From the NCBI GenBank assembly GCA_045644045.1, contig JAZRGD010000052.1:1-56516 (forward strand): a stretch of 56,516 bases of DNA. The letters run 5' to 3'. The stretch is from Eubacteriales bacterium (GTDB lineage: Bacteria > Bacillota > Clostridia > Oscillospirales > CAG-272). The translations under genes were made by a program, and so were the position numbers. Position 1 is the first letter of the stretch. Every line of letters starts with the position of its first letter. Under the pieces are notes generated by a model. That model was not told the DNA's origin and did not search any database. It saw nothing but the letters and a program-made list of their open reading frames with translations. Shown one piece after another: positions 17,992 to 26,981 of this stretch.

Positions 17992-19585
17992 GTTGATCTC
18001 CTTTCCTTTTTATACGTCGCAGACAATACGCCGCGACGGGATACAGAACGATATAGGCTGCCAAGACGGTCTGCACTACGTCACCGATGACGGTATAAAC
18101 GCTCGTCTCCGCGCAAAGCGTGACGGTACCGATCAGGTACGCCGACTCGTCACGGGGTAGGGCGTCCGCCACCTCACCGTTTGGCAGGATCACAGACGTA
18201 AGACCCGTGTTGCCCACGCGAAGAACGGTGCGGCGGTTTTCTACCGCCCGCAGTATGGCGTGCGCCTGATGGATATCCTTGGCGGCACTGCCGTCAAACC
18301 AGGAGTCGTTGGTGGGAAGCACGAGAAGCGACGCCCCTGCACGGGTGCTTTCGCGCGCCAGGGCAGGATAGATGGAATCAAAGCAGAGCAAGCCTCCCAC
18401 CTCTCCGAAGGGGAGATGAAAGAGCTGTGCCCCCGTGCCCGGCTGTGTGTCTCTCGATAGCATACTGATCTCGGCAAGAGCGGGGATCAAGCTCGTAAAA
18501 ACTCTTGCCATGGGCAGATATTCCCCAAAGGGCACGGGACGGCGTTTGTTGTACCGCTCCTCACTCATGGTCCCATCGGGATAAAAAACGAAAATAGAGT
18601 TATAAAAATTTACGACGCTATGCTCTCCGACCTGCTCGGAAAAAGAGCCTACCATTTGGATAGCCCCCGTTTCTCTCGCTACGTGGGTAAAGACGGCTTG
18701 GCTTTTCTTGTCTCTTTCAAGAGCGTGGTGAATGATGCTCTCGGGCCATATCATCACGTCGATATCCTGCTCCCTTGCCGCCGCCAAGGCCAGCTCCTCA
18801 CCCATGCTCAGCTCCTCCGACATAGGGATATTATCCTTAACGGGGGCGCAACTTTGGATCAGCGCGACGGTCAGCGTCTCGCCCTCCCCCTTAGGCGTGC
18901 GCCCAATGAGGATAACGCCGTAAAGCAGATTGACGGCGAACAGCCCTACCGCGAGACAAAGGGAAAGAACGGCCGCCTTGTCGCGGCAAGCGCGAAAGGC
19001 GATGAGGCCCTCCGCCAAAAGCGCGTTCACGAAAAGCAGAAGGAAGGTGAGAAAGCCGCTTCCCAGAAGCGAGGCACTGCCGATCAAAACGGGAGAGTAG
19101 GCAAGAGACGCGGCGGGTGACGCCCAGGGCACGCCCGCCCAGGTGAAATTCTGACAAAAGAACGAAAGGGCCACAAGGGCCGCCACGGTCAGGGAGGGAA
19201 GCGTGGGGCGGGAAAGCAATCTCCCTTTGCGAAACAGCCCGAGGACAAGACAGGAAAGGGCAAGAAAGCAACCCTGAAACAGTGGCAGAAGAACGGTCGC
19301 CGCCAGGATCACCGAGATGGCGGCAGGGATGCTCAGCCCCGCGAAATCCATGGGATACATGGCAATAAAGAAGGAAAAGGCGGCCATCAGGTATCCTTGG
19401 AAAAAGAAGAGACCGTGTAGGTAATAGGTGCGAGGTCTTGCCTCCTCTAAGCGAAACAGCTTGTAGAAAAATGGCGTGAACAAAAGGAAGGAGATGAAGG
19501 CAAGACTTCCCTTTAACAGAGGAAGTGCCGCCAAAAGCCCCATTGCCAGGGAAAGGAGGAGAGAGGGAAGCTTATTTTTCTTCAT
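17978..19585 (-). CDS. lnt: Apolipoprotein N-acyltransferase-like protein
   Basis: N-terminal half with about eight TM helices, plus a C-terminal CN-hydrolase domain ('MIWPES', 'LLCFDSIYP', 'LVLPTNDSWF'). Confidence 0.8.
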   Translation of the reverse strand: MKKNKLPSLLLSLAMGLLAALPLLKGSLAFISFLLFTPFFYKLFRLEEARPRTYYLHGLFFFQGYLMAAFSFFIAMYPMDFAGLSIPAAISVILAATVLLPLFQGCFLALSCLVLGLFRKGRLLSRPTLPSLTVAALVALSFFCQNFTWAGVPWASPAASLAYSPVLIGSASLLGSGFLTFLLLFVNALLAEGLIAFRACRDKAAVLSLCLAVGLFAVNLLYGVILIGRTPKGEGETLTVALIQSCAPVKDNIPMSEELSMGEELALAAAREQDIDVMIWPESIIHHALERDKKSQAVFTHVARETGAIQMVGSFSEQVGEHSVVNFYNSIFVFYPDGTMSEERYNKRRPVPFGEYLPMARVFTSLIPALAEISMLSRDTQPGTGAQLFHLPFGEVGGLLCFDSIYPALARESTRAGASLLVLPTNDSWFDGSAAKDIHQAHAILRAVENRRTVLRVGNTGLTSVILPNGEVADALPRDESAYLIGTVTLCAETSVYTVIGDVVQTVLAAYIVLYPVAAYCLRRIKRKGDQHDRS

Positions 19586-20558
19586 GACTTCCTCCGTATC
19601 CGTCGAAGAGCGACAGAAAATATATTTTTTCGTAAGGCACGGAGAATGTCCGTCCGTTTAAGTAAGCGAGCGGGCTTTCTTCGTCAAGGGCGAAGGAAAG
19701 ACGGTAAGACCAAAGGGCTTGGTACTTGTATCCCCGCGCTTTGTCCGCGTTGTTTACACCGTATTTTCCGTCTCCGAGGAGAGGATGACCGAGATGTGCC
19801 ATATGAGCGCGGATCTGGTGGGTACGCCCTGTCAGCAGTGTGACCTCAAGCAACGCCAGACCGTCCTTGACCGCCAAAGTCCTGTATCGCGTCTTGATGG
19901 GCTTGGCGTCTCTCGGCGGATGCTCGTCGTATATGCGGACGGTATTTGTCTTCTCGTCCTTGCGGAGATATCCCTCCACCGTGGCGGAGGCGGGGCGGGG
20001 GATACCGTGCACCGCGCAAAGATACCGTTTGTCTAACTTGTGGGCTTTAATGGCGGCGTTCATCTCACGCAACGCAATGGCATTTTTCGCCGCGATGACG
20101 ATGCCCCCCGTGTTGCGGTCGATACGGTTGCAGAGCGCGGGGGCAAAGGACTGCTCCCCGTCGGGATCGTATTCTCCCTTTTGCGCCAAATAGGCTTGGA
20201 TATGGGTGATCAGCGTGTTGGTGTCGCCCTTTTCGTCCTCGTGGACGGAGACACCGAGACGCTTGTTAAGCAGCATTACGCTTTCGTCCTCATAAACGAT
20301 ATCAAGCCGTGGCTTGACGGCAAACAGGGCGTGAACGTTTCCGTCTCCTCCCTCGAAGAACTCGTCAGCCAAAAACAGTTGCAAAACGTCACCCTCGACG
20401 AGCATTTGCTTGCCTTCGGCGCGCTTGCGGTTGACCTTGATCTTCTTGAGTCGAATGGATTTATAGAGAAGGGCAGGAGGAAGAGATGGGATGGCCTTGG
20501 TGAGGAATTTATCCAAGCGCTGTCCCGCGTCATTCTTTTTTATTACGATTTCACGCAT
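19572..20558 (-). CDS. RluA-family 23S rRNA pseudouridine synthase with N-terminal S4 domain
   Basis: 'RLDKFL' (S4 domain), 'NRIDRNTGGIV' (catalytic Asp block) and 'HQIRAHMAHLGHPLLGDGKYG'. Confidence 0.9.
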   Translation of the reverse strand: MREIVIKKNDAGQRLDKFLTKAIPSLPPALLYKSIRLKKIKVNRKRAEGKQMLVEGDVLQLFLADEFFEGGDGNVHALFAVKPRLDIVYEDESVMLLNKRLGVSVHEDEKGDTNTLITHIQAYLAQKGEYDPDGEQSFAPALCNRIDRNTGGIVIAAKNAIALREMNAAIKAHKLDKRYLCAVHGIPRPASATVEGYLRKDEKTNTVRIYDEHPPRDAKPIKTRYRTLAVKDGLALLEVTLLTGRTHQIRAHMAHLGHPLLGDGKYGVNNADKARGYKYQALWSYRLSFALDEESPLAYLNGRTFSVPYEKIYFLSLFDGYGGSHEEK

Positions 20559-20599
20559 AACGCGTTCCTTTCAAGGAATGGCAAAATAGTGATATACTA

Positions 20600-20628
20600 A
20601 TTATACACTAATTCCTATCTTTTTGCAA
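20600..20628 (-). promoter_or_regulatory. Sigma-A-type promoter for the rluD-lnt-ABC-SNF operon
   Basis: On the minus strand: TTGCAA (20628-20623), a 17-nt spacer, then TATAAT (20605-20600), about 40 nt upstream of the ATG at 20558. Confidence 0.55.
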
Positions 20629-20761
20629 GACCCTATGAAAAATTCATTACGTAAGGTCGCTGTACGGCGCGACGGGTGTCTTTTTCCAACGGCAGCTTAC
20701 GCCACCGCCGAAAAAAGGAGTGGGACGGATGAGAGGTTTTCCTTTCTGAAAAATCACATGA

Positions 20762-21241
20762 AAAAAACGCATCCGTGAGAATAGCGTGATGTCCTTAACG
20801 GACAAATCACGCTAACTAAGTTTGCCCTTGGGGCAAGTGAAGTTATCTTCGATAGTGAAGTTCACTTCGTGAGTGAAGTTTCGCCTAATGGCGAAGTGAT
20901 GGGCAAACTTAACTTCACTGCGAGCTTTTGCGAGCAACTTCACTGTGCGTAGCACAACTTCACTTTTGCGTTAGCAAAAACTTCACTACCAGAAAAAGAG
21001 CAAGAGTACAAGGAGAAAATCCTTATATTCTTGCTCTGTTTGTTTTCTGTGAATGAATTGGCTTTTCCATGAATTCTCGCTTCGCTCCATGAATTGAATT
21101 GCAACCAATGTGCCGCAAGGCACAATTCATGCCGCAGGCAATTCACGAAAGCACGGCTTTCAATTCATGCAACCGCAAGGTTGCAATTCATTGCGTGTTC
21201 TCTGTTAAGGAGAACACGCTAATCTAGCGGATGCGTTTTTT
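20762..21241. repeat. Symmetric hairpin-ladder element: terminal inverted repeats enclosing two word-plus-hairpin modules and a central terminator-like hairpin
   Basis: A perfect 14-bp inverted repeat AAAAAACGCATCCG (20762-20775) / CGGATGCGTTTTTT (21228-21241) closes the element. Each end also carries a related hairpin (20784-20812 and 21193-21219). Module 1 has GTGAAGTT at 20837, 20855 and 20873 and AACTTCAC at 20911, 20936, 20956 and 20979. Module 2 has ATGAATT at 21053, 21069 and 21089 and AATTCA(T/C) at 21124, 21140, 21162 and 21185. Confidence 0.75.
20997..21049. terminator. Central bidirectional terminator-like hairpin inside the element
   Basis: Stem AGAGCAAGA (20997-21005) / TCTTGCTCT (21029-21037) with an inner AAGGA/TCCTT pairing. 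It is flanked by AAAAA on the left and GTTTGTTTT on the right. On the minus strand it could terminate the AEC-transporter operon. Confidence 0.55.
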
Positions 21242-21243
21242 CG

Positions 21244-22233
21244 TTACGCGATCATTTGTGTCAGACCCACGATCAACGGCATTGTGATCATGGACAGCAC
21301 GGTGGACAAGGAAACGAGGCGCACCGAAAGATCGGTGTCTCGGTTGAATTTAGCGGAGAAGATGGTGGTGGTGGCCCCCACAGGCGCGCTGGCACCGATG
21401 ACCAGCACCGTCAGCACGTTGCCTCTGACGCCGCACAGGTACAACACGCCCAAAAGAGCGAGAGGGAAGAGGATGAGGCGCACCGCCATGCAGAAATAGG
21501 ACCAGCCGTCACGGATGGCGGCAAGCAGATCTGCCTTGCCCAGGTAGTAGCCCACCATCAGCATGGGAAGAGGCAGGTTGAGGGCGGAAAGGGCGGCGAG
21601 GGCATCCGAGACGAGGGAGGGCAGACGAATGCCCGCCGCGCCGCCTACGGTAACGTACAGGGGAGAGGTGAAGAAGAACAGACCCACCACAACCCCGATG
21701 ATACCGGGGTTGAGTAAGATCTTTTTGAAATTCATGGCCTTTTTGTCGCCGTTCATATCCACCAAGCCCCAGGTCCAGAGGGCGATATTGAAGACGGCGA
21801 GAAAGACTGCCGCGTACAGCGCGCCCTCGTGACATGTGGGGGTGTCGATGAGTGCCTGTGCCAGGGGAAGGGCGATAAAGCCCGCGTTGGAGAACACCGC
21901 CGCGAAGCGCATGACTCTCCGCCTGTTCTCGTCCTTAAAGCGGAACAGAAGGTAGACCGACAGGATCATGGCGACGTGCAGAAGCACCGCCACCAGGGCC
22001 ACAACGCCGATATTCCTTAAGATCTCCGTCAGCTCTGCCTTTTCGTACAGGGTGGCGCTGAAGGCGTTGACGATGACGCAGGGGGTGACGAAATACATCA
22101 CGATGTCCGCCATGCACTTGTTGGCCTCCTCGGTGAGGAGCTTGATCCTTTGGCAAACGAAGCCTAAGGCGATGATGATAAAAAGCAGTCCTACCTTCTC
22201 TGCGACCGCGAGAAAGCTATCCAAAAAGCTCAA
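21244..22233 (-). CDS. AEC (auxin efflux carrier) family transporter
   Basis: About ten TM helices. The N-terminal 'KVGLLFIIIALGFVCQRIKLL' pattern is typical of AEC permeases. Confidence 0.8.
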   Translation of the reverse strand: MSFLDSFLAVAEKVGLLFIIIALGFVCQRIKLLTEEANKCMADIVMYFVTPCVIVNAFSATLYEKAELTEILRNIGVVALVAVLLHVAMILSVYLLFRFKDENRRRVMRFAAVFSNAGFIALPLAQALIDTPTCHEGALYAAVFLAVFNIALWTWGLVDMNGDKKAMNFKKILLNPGIIGVVVGLFFFTSPLYVTVGGAAGIRLPSLVSDALAALSALNLPLPMLMVGYYLGKADLLAAIRDGWSYFCMAVRLILFPLALLGVLYLCGVRGNVLTVLVIGASAPVGATTTIFSAKFNRDTDLSVRLVSLSTVLSMITMPLIVGLTQMIA

Positions 22234-22245
22234 GGTGATGCCTCC

Positions 22246-23181
22246 TTACAGCGTGACGCCAAACTCTTTTTCAAGAAGAGCTAAAATTTCATGACGGTAG
22301 GGCATAGAGGGGGAGGAGCCCAGCCTGGTCACCGAGATGGCGGAGGTACAGGTGGCAAATTTCAGTGCCACGTCGATGGGCAAGCCCTCGGCAATGGCGG
22401 TGGCGAAGCCGCCGTTGAAGGCGTCGCCCGCGCCCGTGGTCTCCACAGCCTTGACCTTCACGGCGGGAACGGTCAGCTCGCGCTCACCGTCGGTGAAGTA
22501 AACGCCTCTGACGCCCAGGGTGATGATGACGTTCTTTACGCCCATCTCGAAGAATTTCTCCGCCGCGCGGCGGCAATCCTCCACCGTGTTTGCGGCAATC
22601 CCCGTGAACGCCTCCGCCTCGGTCTCGTTGGGGGTGACGTAATCGATGCCGTCGAAAAGCGCTTTCGGCACGTTTATATAGGGAGCGGGGTTGAGGATAA
22701 AGGGCTTGCCGTATCTTTTCGCCAGCTCCTTGGTGGCCAAAACAGCGTCGACGGTGGTCTCAAACTGGGTCAGCACGGCGTCGGCGTCCGCAAAATCCTT
22801 TTCGGCGGCAAGCACCTGCTCTGCACCGACCTGCTCGTTGGCGGCGAAAATGACGATAATGCGATTTTGCGCGTCGCTCTCGTCGATCTCAATGAGGGCA
22901 CTGCCCGTCTCTCCCTTGGGGTCAACGGTCACGTATTCCTCGCTCATGCCCTCGGTCTCATAATGCTTTTTTAAGATCTGCCCCAAGACGTCGTCGCCTC
23001 TTTGGCCGATGATCTTTACTTCCGATCCGGCGCGGTGCGCCGCCGTCAGCTGATTGCTGCCCTTTCCGCCGGGGCCGAAGCGAAGGGTGGAGCCCTTCAC
23101 CGTCTCGCCCGCCACGGGCAGATGGGGCGCGAAGCCGGTTACGTCTACGATCAGCGAGCCGGGACCTATTACTTTAGCCAT
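22246..23181 (-). CDS. Ribokinase / PfkB-family sugar kinase
   Basis: 'GPGGKGSNQ' (N-terminal PfkB motif) and 'TTGAGDAFNGGFA' (C-terminal ATP/anion-hole motif). Confidence 0.85.
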   Translation of the reverse strand: MAKVIGPGSLIVDVTGFAPHLPVAGETVKGSTLRFGPGGKGSNQLTAAHRAGSEVKIIGQRGDDVLGQILKKHYETEGMSEEYVTVDPKGETGSALIEIDESDAQNRIIVIFAANEQVGAEQVLAAEKDFADADAVLTQFETTVDAVLATKELAKRYGKPFILNPAPYINVPKALFDGIDYVTPNETEAEAFTGIAANTVEDCRRAAEKFFEMGVKNVIITLGVRGVYFTDGERELTVPAVKVKAVETTGAGDAFNGGFATAIAEGLPIDVALKFATCTSAISVTRLGSSPSMPYRHEILALLEKEFGVTL

Positions 23182-23193
23182 AGCAGTCTCTCC

Positions 23194-23850
23194 TTACGCC
23201 TTGGCAGCACCTTCGATGATGGCGATGCCGGCGGAGGTACCGAGACGGGTCGCGCCCGCGTCGATGAGTGCCTTGGCGTCCTCGTAGGTACGGATGCCGG
23301 AGGAGGCCTTCAGCTCTACGCTTCCCGACAGGTTTGCCTTCATCAGGGTGATATCCTCAACCGTCGCCACGCCGGCGGAAACGCCGGAGCAGGTCTTGAC
23401 AAAATGCGCGCCCGACTCGCAGGACAGACGGGTGGCAAGTGCCTTCTCTTCATCGGTGAGAAGGCCCGTCTCAATGATCACCTTCACAGTCTTGCCCTTT
23501 GCGGCCTTTACCACGGCGGAGATCTCGTCGCTTACGTAATCCGCTCTACCTTCCTTCAGCTTGCCCACATTGATGACCATATCGAACTCATCACATCCGT
23601 CGGCATATGCGGCTTCGGTTTCCGCTACCTTGATGGCGGTGGTGTTACGGCCGAGAGGGAAGCCGATAACGGTACAAGTCAGCACGTTACTGCCGGCGAG
23701 AAGCTTTTTGGCAAGGGCAACGTCGCAGGGATTCACGCAAACAGAGGCAAAATCAAACGCGCGCGCGTCGGCGCAAAGCTTTTCAATGTCCGCCTTGGTG
23801 GCGAAGGGCTTGAGGTTGGTATGATCGATGTACTTGTTTAAAGGTTTCAT
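23194..23850 (-). CDS. deoC: Deoxyribose-phosphate aldolase (class I DeoC family)
   Basis: ORF trimmed to ATG 23850, 9 nt after AAAGGA. 'IDHTNLKP', 'ASVCVNP', 'VIGFPLG' and 'FVKTCSG' (Schiff-base Lys block). Confidence 0.85.
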   Translation of the reverse strand: MKPLNKYIDHTNLKPFATKADIEKLCADARAFDFASVCVNPCDVALAKKLLAGSNVLTCTVIGFPLGRNTTAIKVAETEAAYADGCDEFDMVINVGKLKEGRADYVSDEISAVVKAAKGKTVKVIIETGLLTDEEKALATRLSCESGAHFVKTCSGVSAGVATVEDITLMKANLSGSVELKASSGIRTYEDAKALIDAGATRLGTSAGIAIIEGAAKA

Positions 23851-23892
23851 GATGTTATTTCCTTTCAAAATATAAAGTGTGGCAGTATTAAA

Positions 23893-24318
23893 TTAATCCT
23901 CGTCTACCGTCTTGAAGGACTTGCCCCAAAGCTTTAAGCGGGTCTCGTATGCGTCGTTGAAGCGCCAGTCGCGCCAGAAGGTGAGAATGCAAAGGTCCTC
24001 CTCAGACTCACGGTTGTCAAGAGCGTGGAAGCAGCCCGCGGGGATGAAGATCACCTGGCCGCCGTATACGTCGACGATCTCATCGTCTAATTTCAGCTTG
24101 CCCTTGCCCGAGAGGATGTAGTAGATCTCGTCCTCCTCGTGAGCGGCACCGCCCAAGGCATAGCCTGCCTTTACCGTGCCGTGATTCATTTGAATGACGT
24201 TGTCTCTGCCCGTGATCTCGTGGTCGAGGATCATGCGGGACTCGTATTCCTCGCCGAACACGAGGGGCTTTACCTTTGCCACGTCGACGACGAGAGGGGG
24301 CAATTTTTTCTGTTCCAT
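23893..24318 (-). CDS. Cupin-domain protein
   Basis: 'HEEDEIYYILSGKGKL...VIFIPAGCFHAL' fits the two-motif cupin pattern. Confidence 0.75.
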   Translation of the reverse strand: MEQKKLPPLVVDVAKVKPLVFGEEYESRMILDHEITGRDNVIQMNHGTVKAGYALGGAAHEEDEIYYILSGKGKLKLDDEIVDVYGGQVIFIPAGCFHALDNRESEEDLCILTFWRDWRFNDAYETRLKLWGKSFKTVDED

Positions 24319-24343
24319 TTTCGTTTCTTCCTTTCTTGAGCCC

Positions 24344-25405
24344 TTAATCGAAGGCGATCATAGCCTTGATCTTGGTCTTTTGGTACTTCTCCGCGTTTTC
24401 AAATATATCAAGCGCGTTCTCAAAGGGGATATGCTGGGTAAATACGGGGGTCAGCTTGACGGGATTTTTTCTCATGATCTCGCAAACGGCGGGGGCGTTG
24501 CCGTCTCTGCCCGCCGCGCCCACCATGGACAGACACCCAAGCACCAGGGGGTCGATGGGCAGGTCGTCCACGTTTCTCTCGTAAAAGCTGACGACGGAAA
24601 TGCGGGCGTATCTCGCCGCGCAGGCAATGCTGTCACGAAGTGCAGAAGCAGAGCCTGAGGTCTCTACGATGAGATTCGCTCCTTTTCCTCCGAGGGAAAG
24701 CTCCTTGATGCGCGCTACGGCATCCTCTTGTTTGCCGTTGATCACATAGTCAGCCCCCACCGCCAAGGCGGTCTTCAGCTTGCTGTCGTTTCTGCCCACA
24801 AGGATCACTCGGCCTGCGCCGTAGTATTTGGCGAGCCACGCCGCCACCATACCGATGGCGCCCGTTCCGAACACCACTGCGGTGTCGCTCTCGCCTAACG
24901 TTACGCCGCGAAAGGCATCGTAGGCAATGCTGGCAGGCTCAATGAGCGCTCCCTCGTCCATGGTCATCTCGTCGGGAAGACGGAACACGTGCCTCTCGGG
25001 CATCTGCATATATTCGGCGTAACAGCCGTCCCAGCAATTCACTGTTCCCACCGAGCGGGTGGAGGGGCAGCTCATGTAATCCTTTCTCCGACAGGCCTCG
25101 CAGGTGCCGCAAGAAACGAAATTGTCGGAATAAACGCGGTCACCCGGCTTAAAGTCCTTCACGTCGGGACCCACCGATTCCACGATGCCCGCCCATTCGT
25201 GGCCGAAACGGCAGGGATAGGTGATCTCGCCCGAGCGAATGAAGCTGCTGTCTCCCGTAAAAATGGAGGTGTCGGTGGCGCACACACCCGTGCGGAAAAC
25301 CTTGGCAACAATCATATCCCCCGTGGCAAGGGGCTTGGGCACGGTTTCCATACGGGCGTCGCGAGGGCCGTATACGGTGATCGCCTTCATAGTTTCTCTG
25401 TTCAT
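24344..25405 (-). CDS. Zinc-dependent alcohol/polyol dehydrogenase (MDR family)
   Basis: ATG 25405 lies 7 nt after AGGAG. 'GVCATDTSIF', 'GHEWAGIVESVG', the structural-Zn cysteines 'CGTCEACRR', and 'VVFGTGAIG' (Rossmann fold). Confidence 0.85.
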   Translation of the reverse strand: MNRETMKAITVYGPRDARMETVPKPLATGDMIVAKVFRTGVCATDTSIFTGDSSFIRSGEITYPCRFGHEWAGIVESVGPDVKDFKPGDRVYSDNFVSCGTCEACRRKDYMSCPSTRSVGTVNCWDGCYAEYMQMPERHVFRLPDEMTMDEGALIEPASIAYDAFRGVTLGESDTAVVFGTGAIGMVAAWLAKYYGAGRVILVGRNDSKLKTALAVGADYVINGKQEDAVARIKELSLGGKGANLIVETSGSASALRDSIACAARYARISVVSFYERNVDDLPIDPLVLGCLSMVGAAGRDGNAPAVCEIMRKNPVKLTPVFTQHIPFENALDIFENAEKYQKTKIKAMIAFD

Positions 25406-25416
25406 ATTTTTTCTCC

Positions 25417-26178
25417 TCAAATGGTCTTGCCCTCACCCTGACGCATCAGCAGATAAGGGATATCGGGACAAGCTTTCTTCATTTCGGTCATAAATTCGTA
25501 AGGACTGCCGTAATGCTCGGCAAAGTTCCAATAGTGGCAGGGAACGGCCAGCTTCGGTGCCAGCTTTTTCACGACCTTTGCCGCCTCGGCGGCGTTTAAG
25601 TTGCCAAAGGCACCGTTGATTGGCAGAATAAGCAGATCCACGCCCTGAAGACGCTCGTCCTCCAACCATTCGGGGCGATAGGCGGTGTCGCCCATCATGT
25701 AAATTCTCTTGCCCGCGATCTCAAAGAGAAGACCGATGGCGTGAGGTGTGTCCGCGCCGTGGTCGCAGCGGACCGCCGTCAGACGGACACTGCCAAGGGA
25801 GGCGGTGTCGCCCACCGAGAGAAAGGTCAGGTTGTCCTTGATCCCGAGACGCTCGCACTCCGCCGCGGTGTCCTTGGCACCCACGAAGCGAGTTTTGCCG
25901 TTGCCCAGCAGAACGGGCACGCTGTCGGGGTCAAAGTGATCGAAGTGGGCGTGAGAGGCTACCACGTAGTCGAATATTACCTCGTCTGCGCCAAGAATAT
26001 GGGGCATCAGGCGTTTAAAGCCGAAATATCTCTCACAGCAATCCGAGAGGTAAGGGTCAACGGCGATCAGTTCTCCCTCGTGAGTCTTCAGCACGAAGCC
26101 CGCTTGGCCGAGGAAAAACACGCCGACCTCGCCCTCCTTCACGGGGGTTGCCATGATCTTTAATGCGAAGCTTTCCAT
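25417..26178 (-). CDS. MBL-fold metallo-hydrolase (UlaG-like lactonase type)
   Basis: 'VVASHAHFDHFD' is the HxHxDH metal-binding motif. 'FFLGQAGFVLK' lies near the N-terminus. Confidence 0.8.
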   Translation of the reverse strand: MESFALKIMATPVKEGEVGVFFLGQAGFVLKTHEGELIAVDPYLSDCCERYFGFKRLMPHILGADEVIFDYVVASHAHFDHFDPDSVPVLLGNGKTRFVGAKDTAAECERLGIKDNLTFLSVGDTASLGSVRLTAVRCDHGADTPHAIGLLFEIAGKRIYMMGDTAYRPEWLEDERLQGVDLLILPINGAFGNLNAAEAAKVVKKLAPKLAVPCHYWNFAEHYGSPYEFMTEMKKACPDIPYLLMRQGEGKTI

Positions 26179-26195
26179 TTATCTGTCTCTCTTTC

Positions 26196-26969
26196 TCAAA
26201 AATTTCTGGCGAAGCCGCCACAGGTCCAACCGCCGTCTACGGGAAGCACTGCGCCTGTGATATAAGAGGCGGCACTTGACGCGAGAAACGCGGTGGCGTT
26301 TGCGATCTCATCTGGCGCGCCCTGACGCGCCATGGGAATGTGGGAGAGAAGCCCTGCCATGGCGTCGTTCTTCGTCCAAAGCTTGTTGGTGACGGCAATG
26401 CCGATGGTGCCGGGGCAGATGACGTTGGCACGGATGCCCTTGGGGGCAAGCTCCATAGCAATGGCCTTGGTAAAGTTGATCACGCCCGCCTTGGCCGCCG
26501 TAAAGGCGCATTGGTTGCGCAGGGGGATCATGCCCACGATGGAGCTGATGTTTACGATGCTTCCGCCCTCACTCATATAGGGAACGGCCGCTTTGGTGCA
26601 GTTGTAGGTGCCGTCAAGGTCTACCTTGAGGATGGCGTCCCACCATCCGTCGTCAAACTCGTCCACGTGCTTTCTTTGGTCGGGTCCCACGTTGATGCCC
26701 GCGTTGTTGACTAACACGTCGATGCCGCCAAGCTCCTCCGCGATCCTTGCCATGGCCGCCTTTACCGCCTCGCGGTCGGTAATATCGAAATCGTAGCCCT
26801 TCGCGTGATAGCCCTTGGCTGCAATGGCGGCAGCCGCGTCGGCGGTTCCGCGCAGGTCGCAAACGGCAACCTTGGCACCGACGGAAGCAAATCTTTCCGC
26901 CATGGCAGAGCCGAGACCGCCCACTGCGCCCGTGATCACAACTACTTTGTTTTCAAAACTGATCGTCAT
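26196..26969 (-). CDS. SDR-family oxidoreductase
   Basis: 'ITGAVGGLGSA' (TGxxxGxG), 'NNAG' and a catalytic 'FTAAK'-type YxxxK block region. Confidence 0.85.
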   Translation of the reverse strand: MTISFENKVVVITGAVGGLGSAMAERFASVGAKVAVCDLRGTADAAAAIAAKGYHAKGYDFDITDREAVKAAMARIAEELGGIDVLVNNAGINVGPDQRKHVDEFDDGWWDAILKVDLDGTYNCTKAAVPYMSEGGSIVNISSIVGMIPLRNQCAFTAAKAGVINFTKAIAMELAPKGIRANVICPGTIGIAVTNKLWTKNDAMAGLLSHIPMARQGAPDEIANATAFLASSAASYITGAVLPVDGGWTCGGFARNF

Positions 26970-26981
26970 ACCTTTTCTCCT

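Noticed and set aside
20729-20749. Six-codon ORF (MRGFPF) preceded by AAAGGAG, just upstream of the hairpin element
   Set aside because: It is too short to support without conservation or ribosome-profiling data, so it is not reported as a feature.
1-20995. Direct copies of module 1 as boundaries of a 20.8-kb genomic island
   Set aside because: No integrase, tRNA or mobility gene lies at either edge. The content is a mix of ordinary metabolic and housekeeping operons, and only about 95 nt are shared. This is more likely two insertions of a dispersed repeat than island borders.
20818-21191. CRISPR-like array interpretation of the word-plus-spacer pattern
   Set aside because: The repeated words are only 7-8 nt. 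The 'spacers' are 10-17 nt and are themselves palindromes. The word orientation flips halfway through each module. No cas genes or leader are present.
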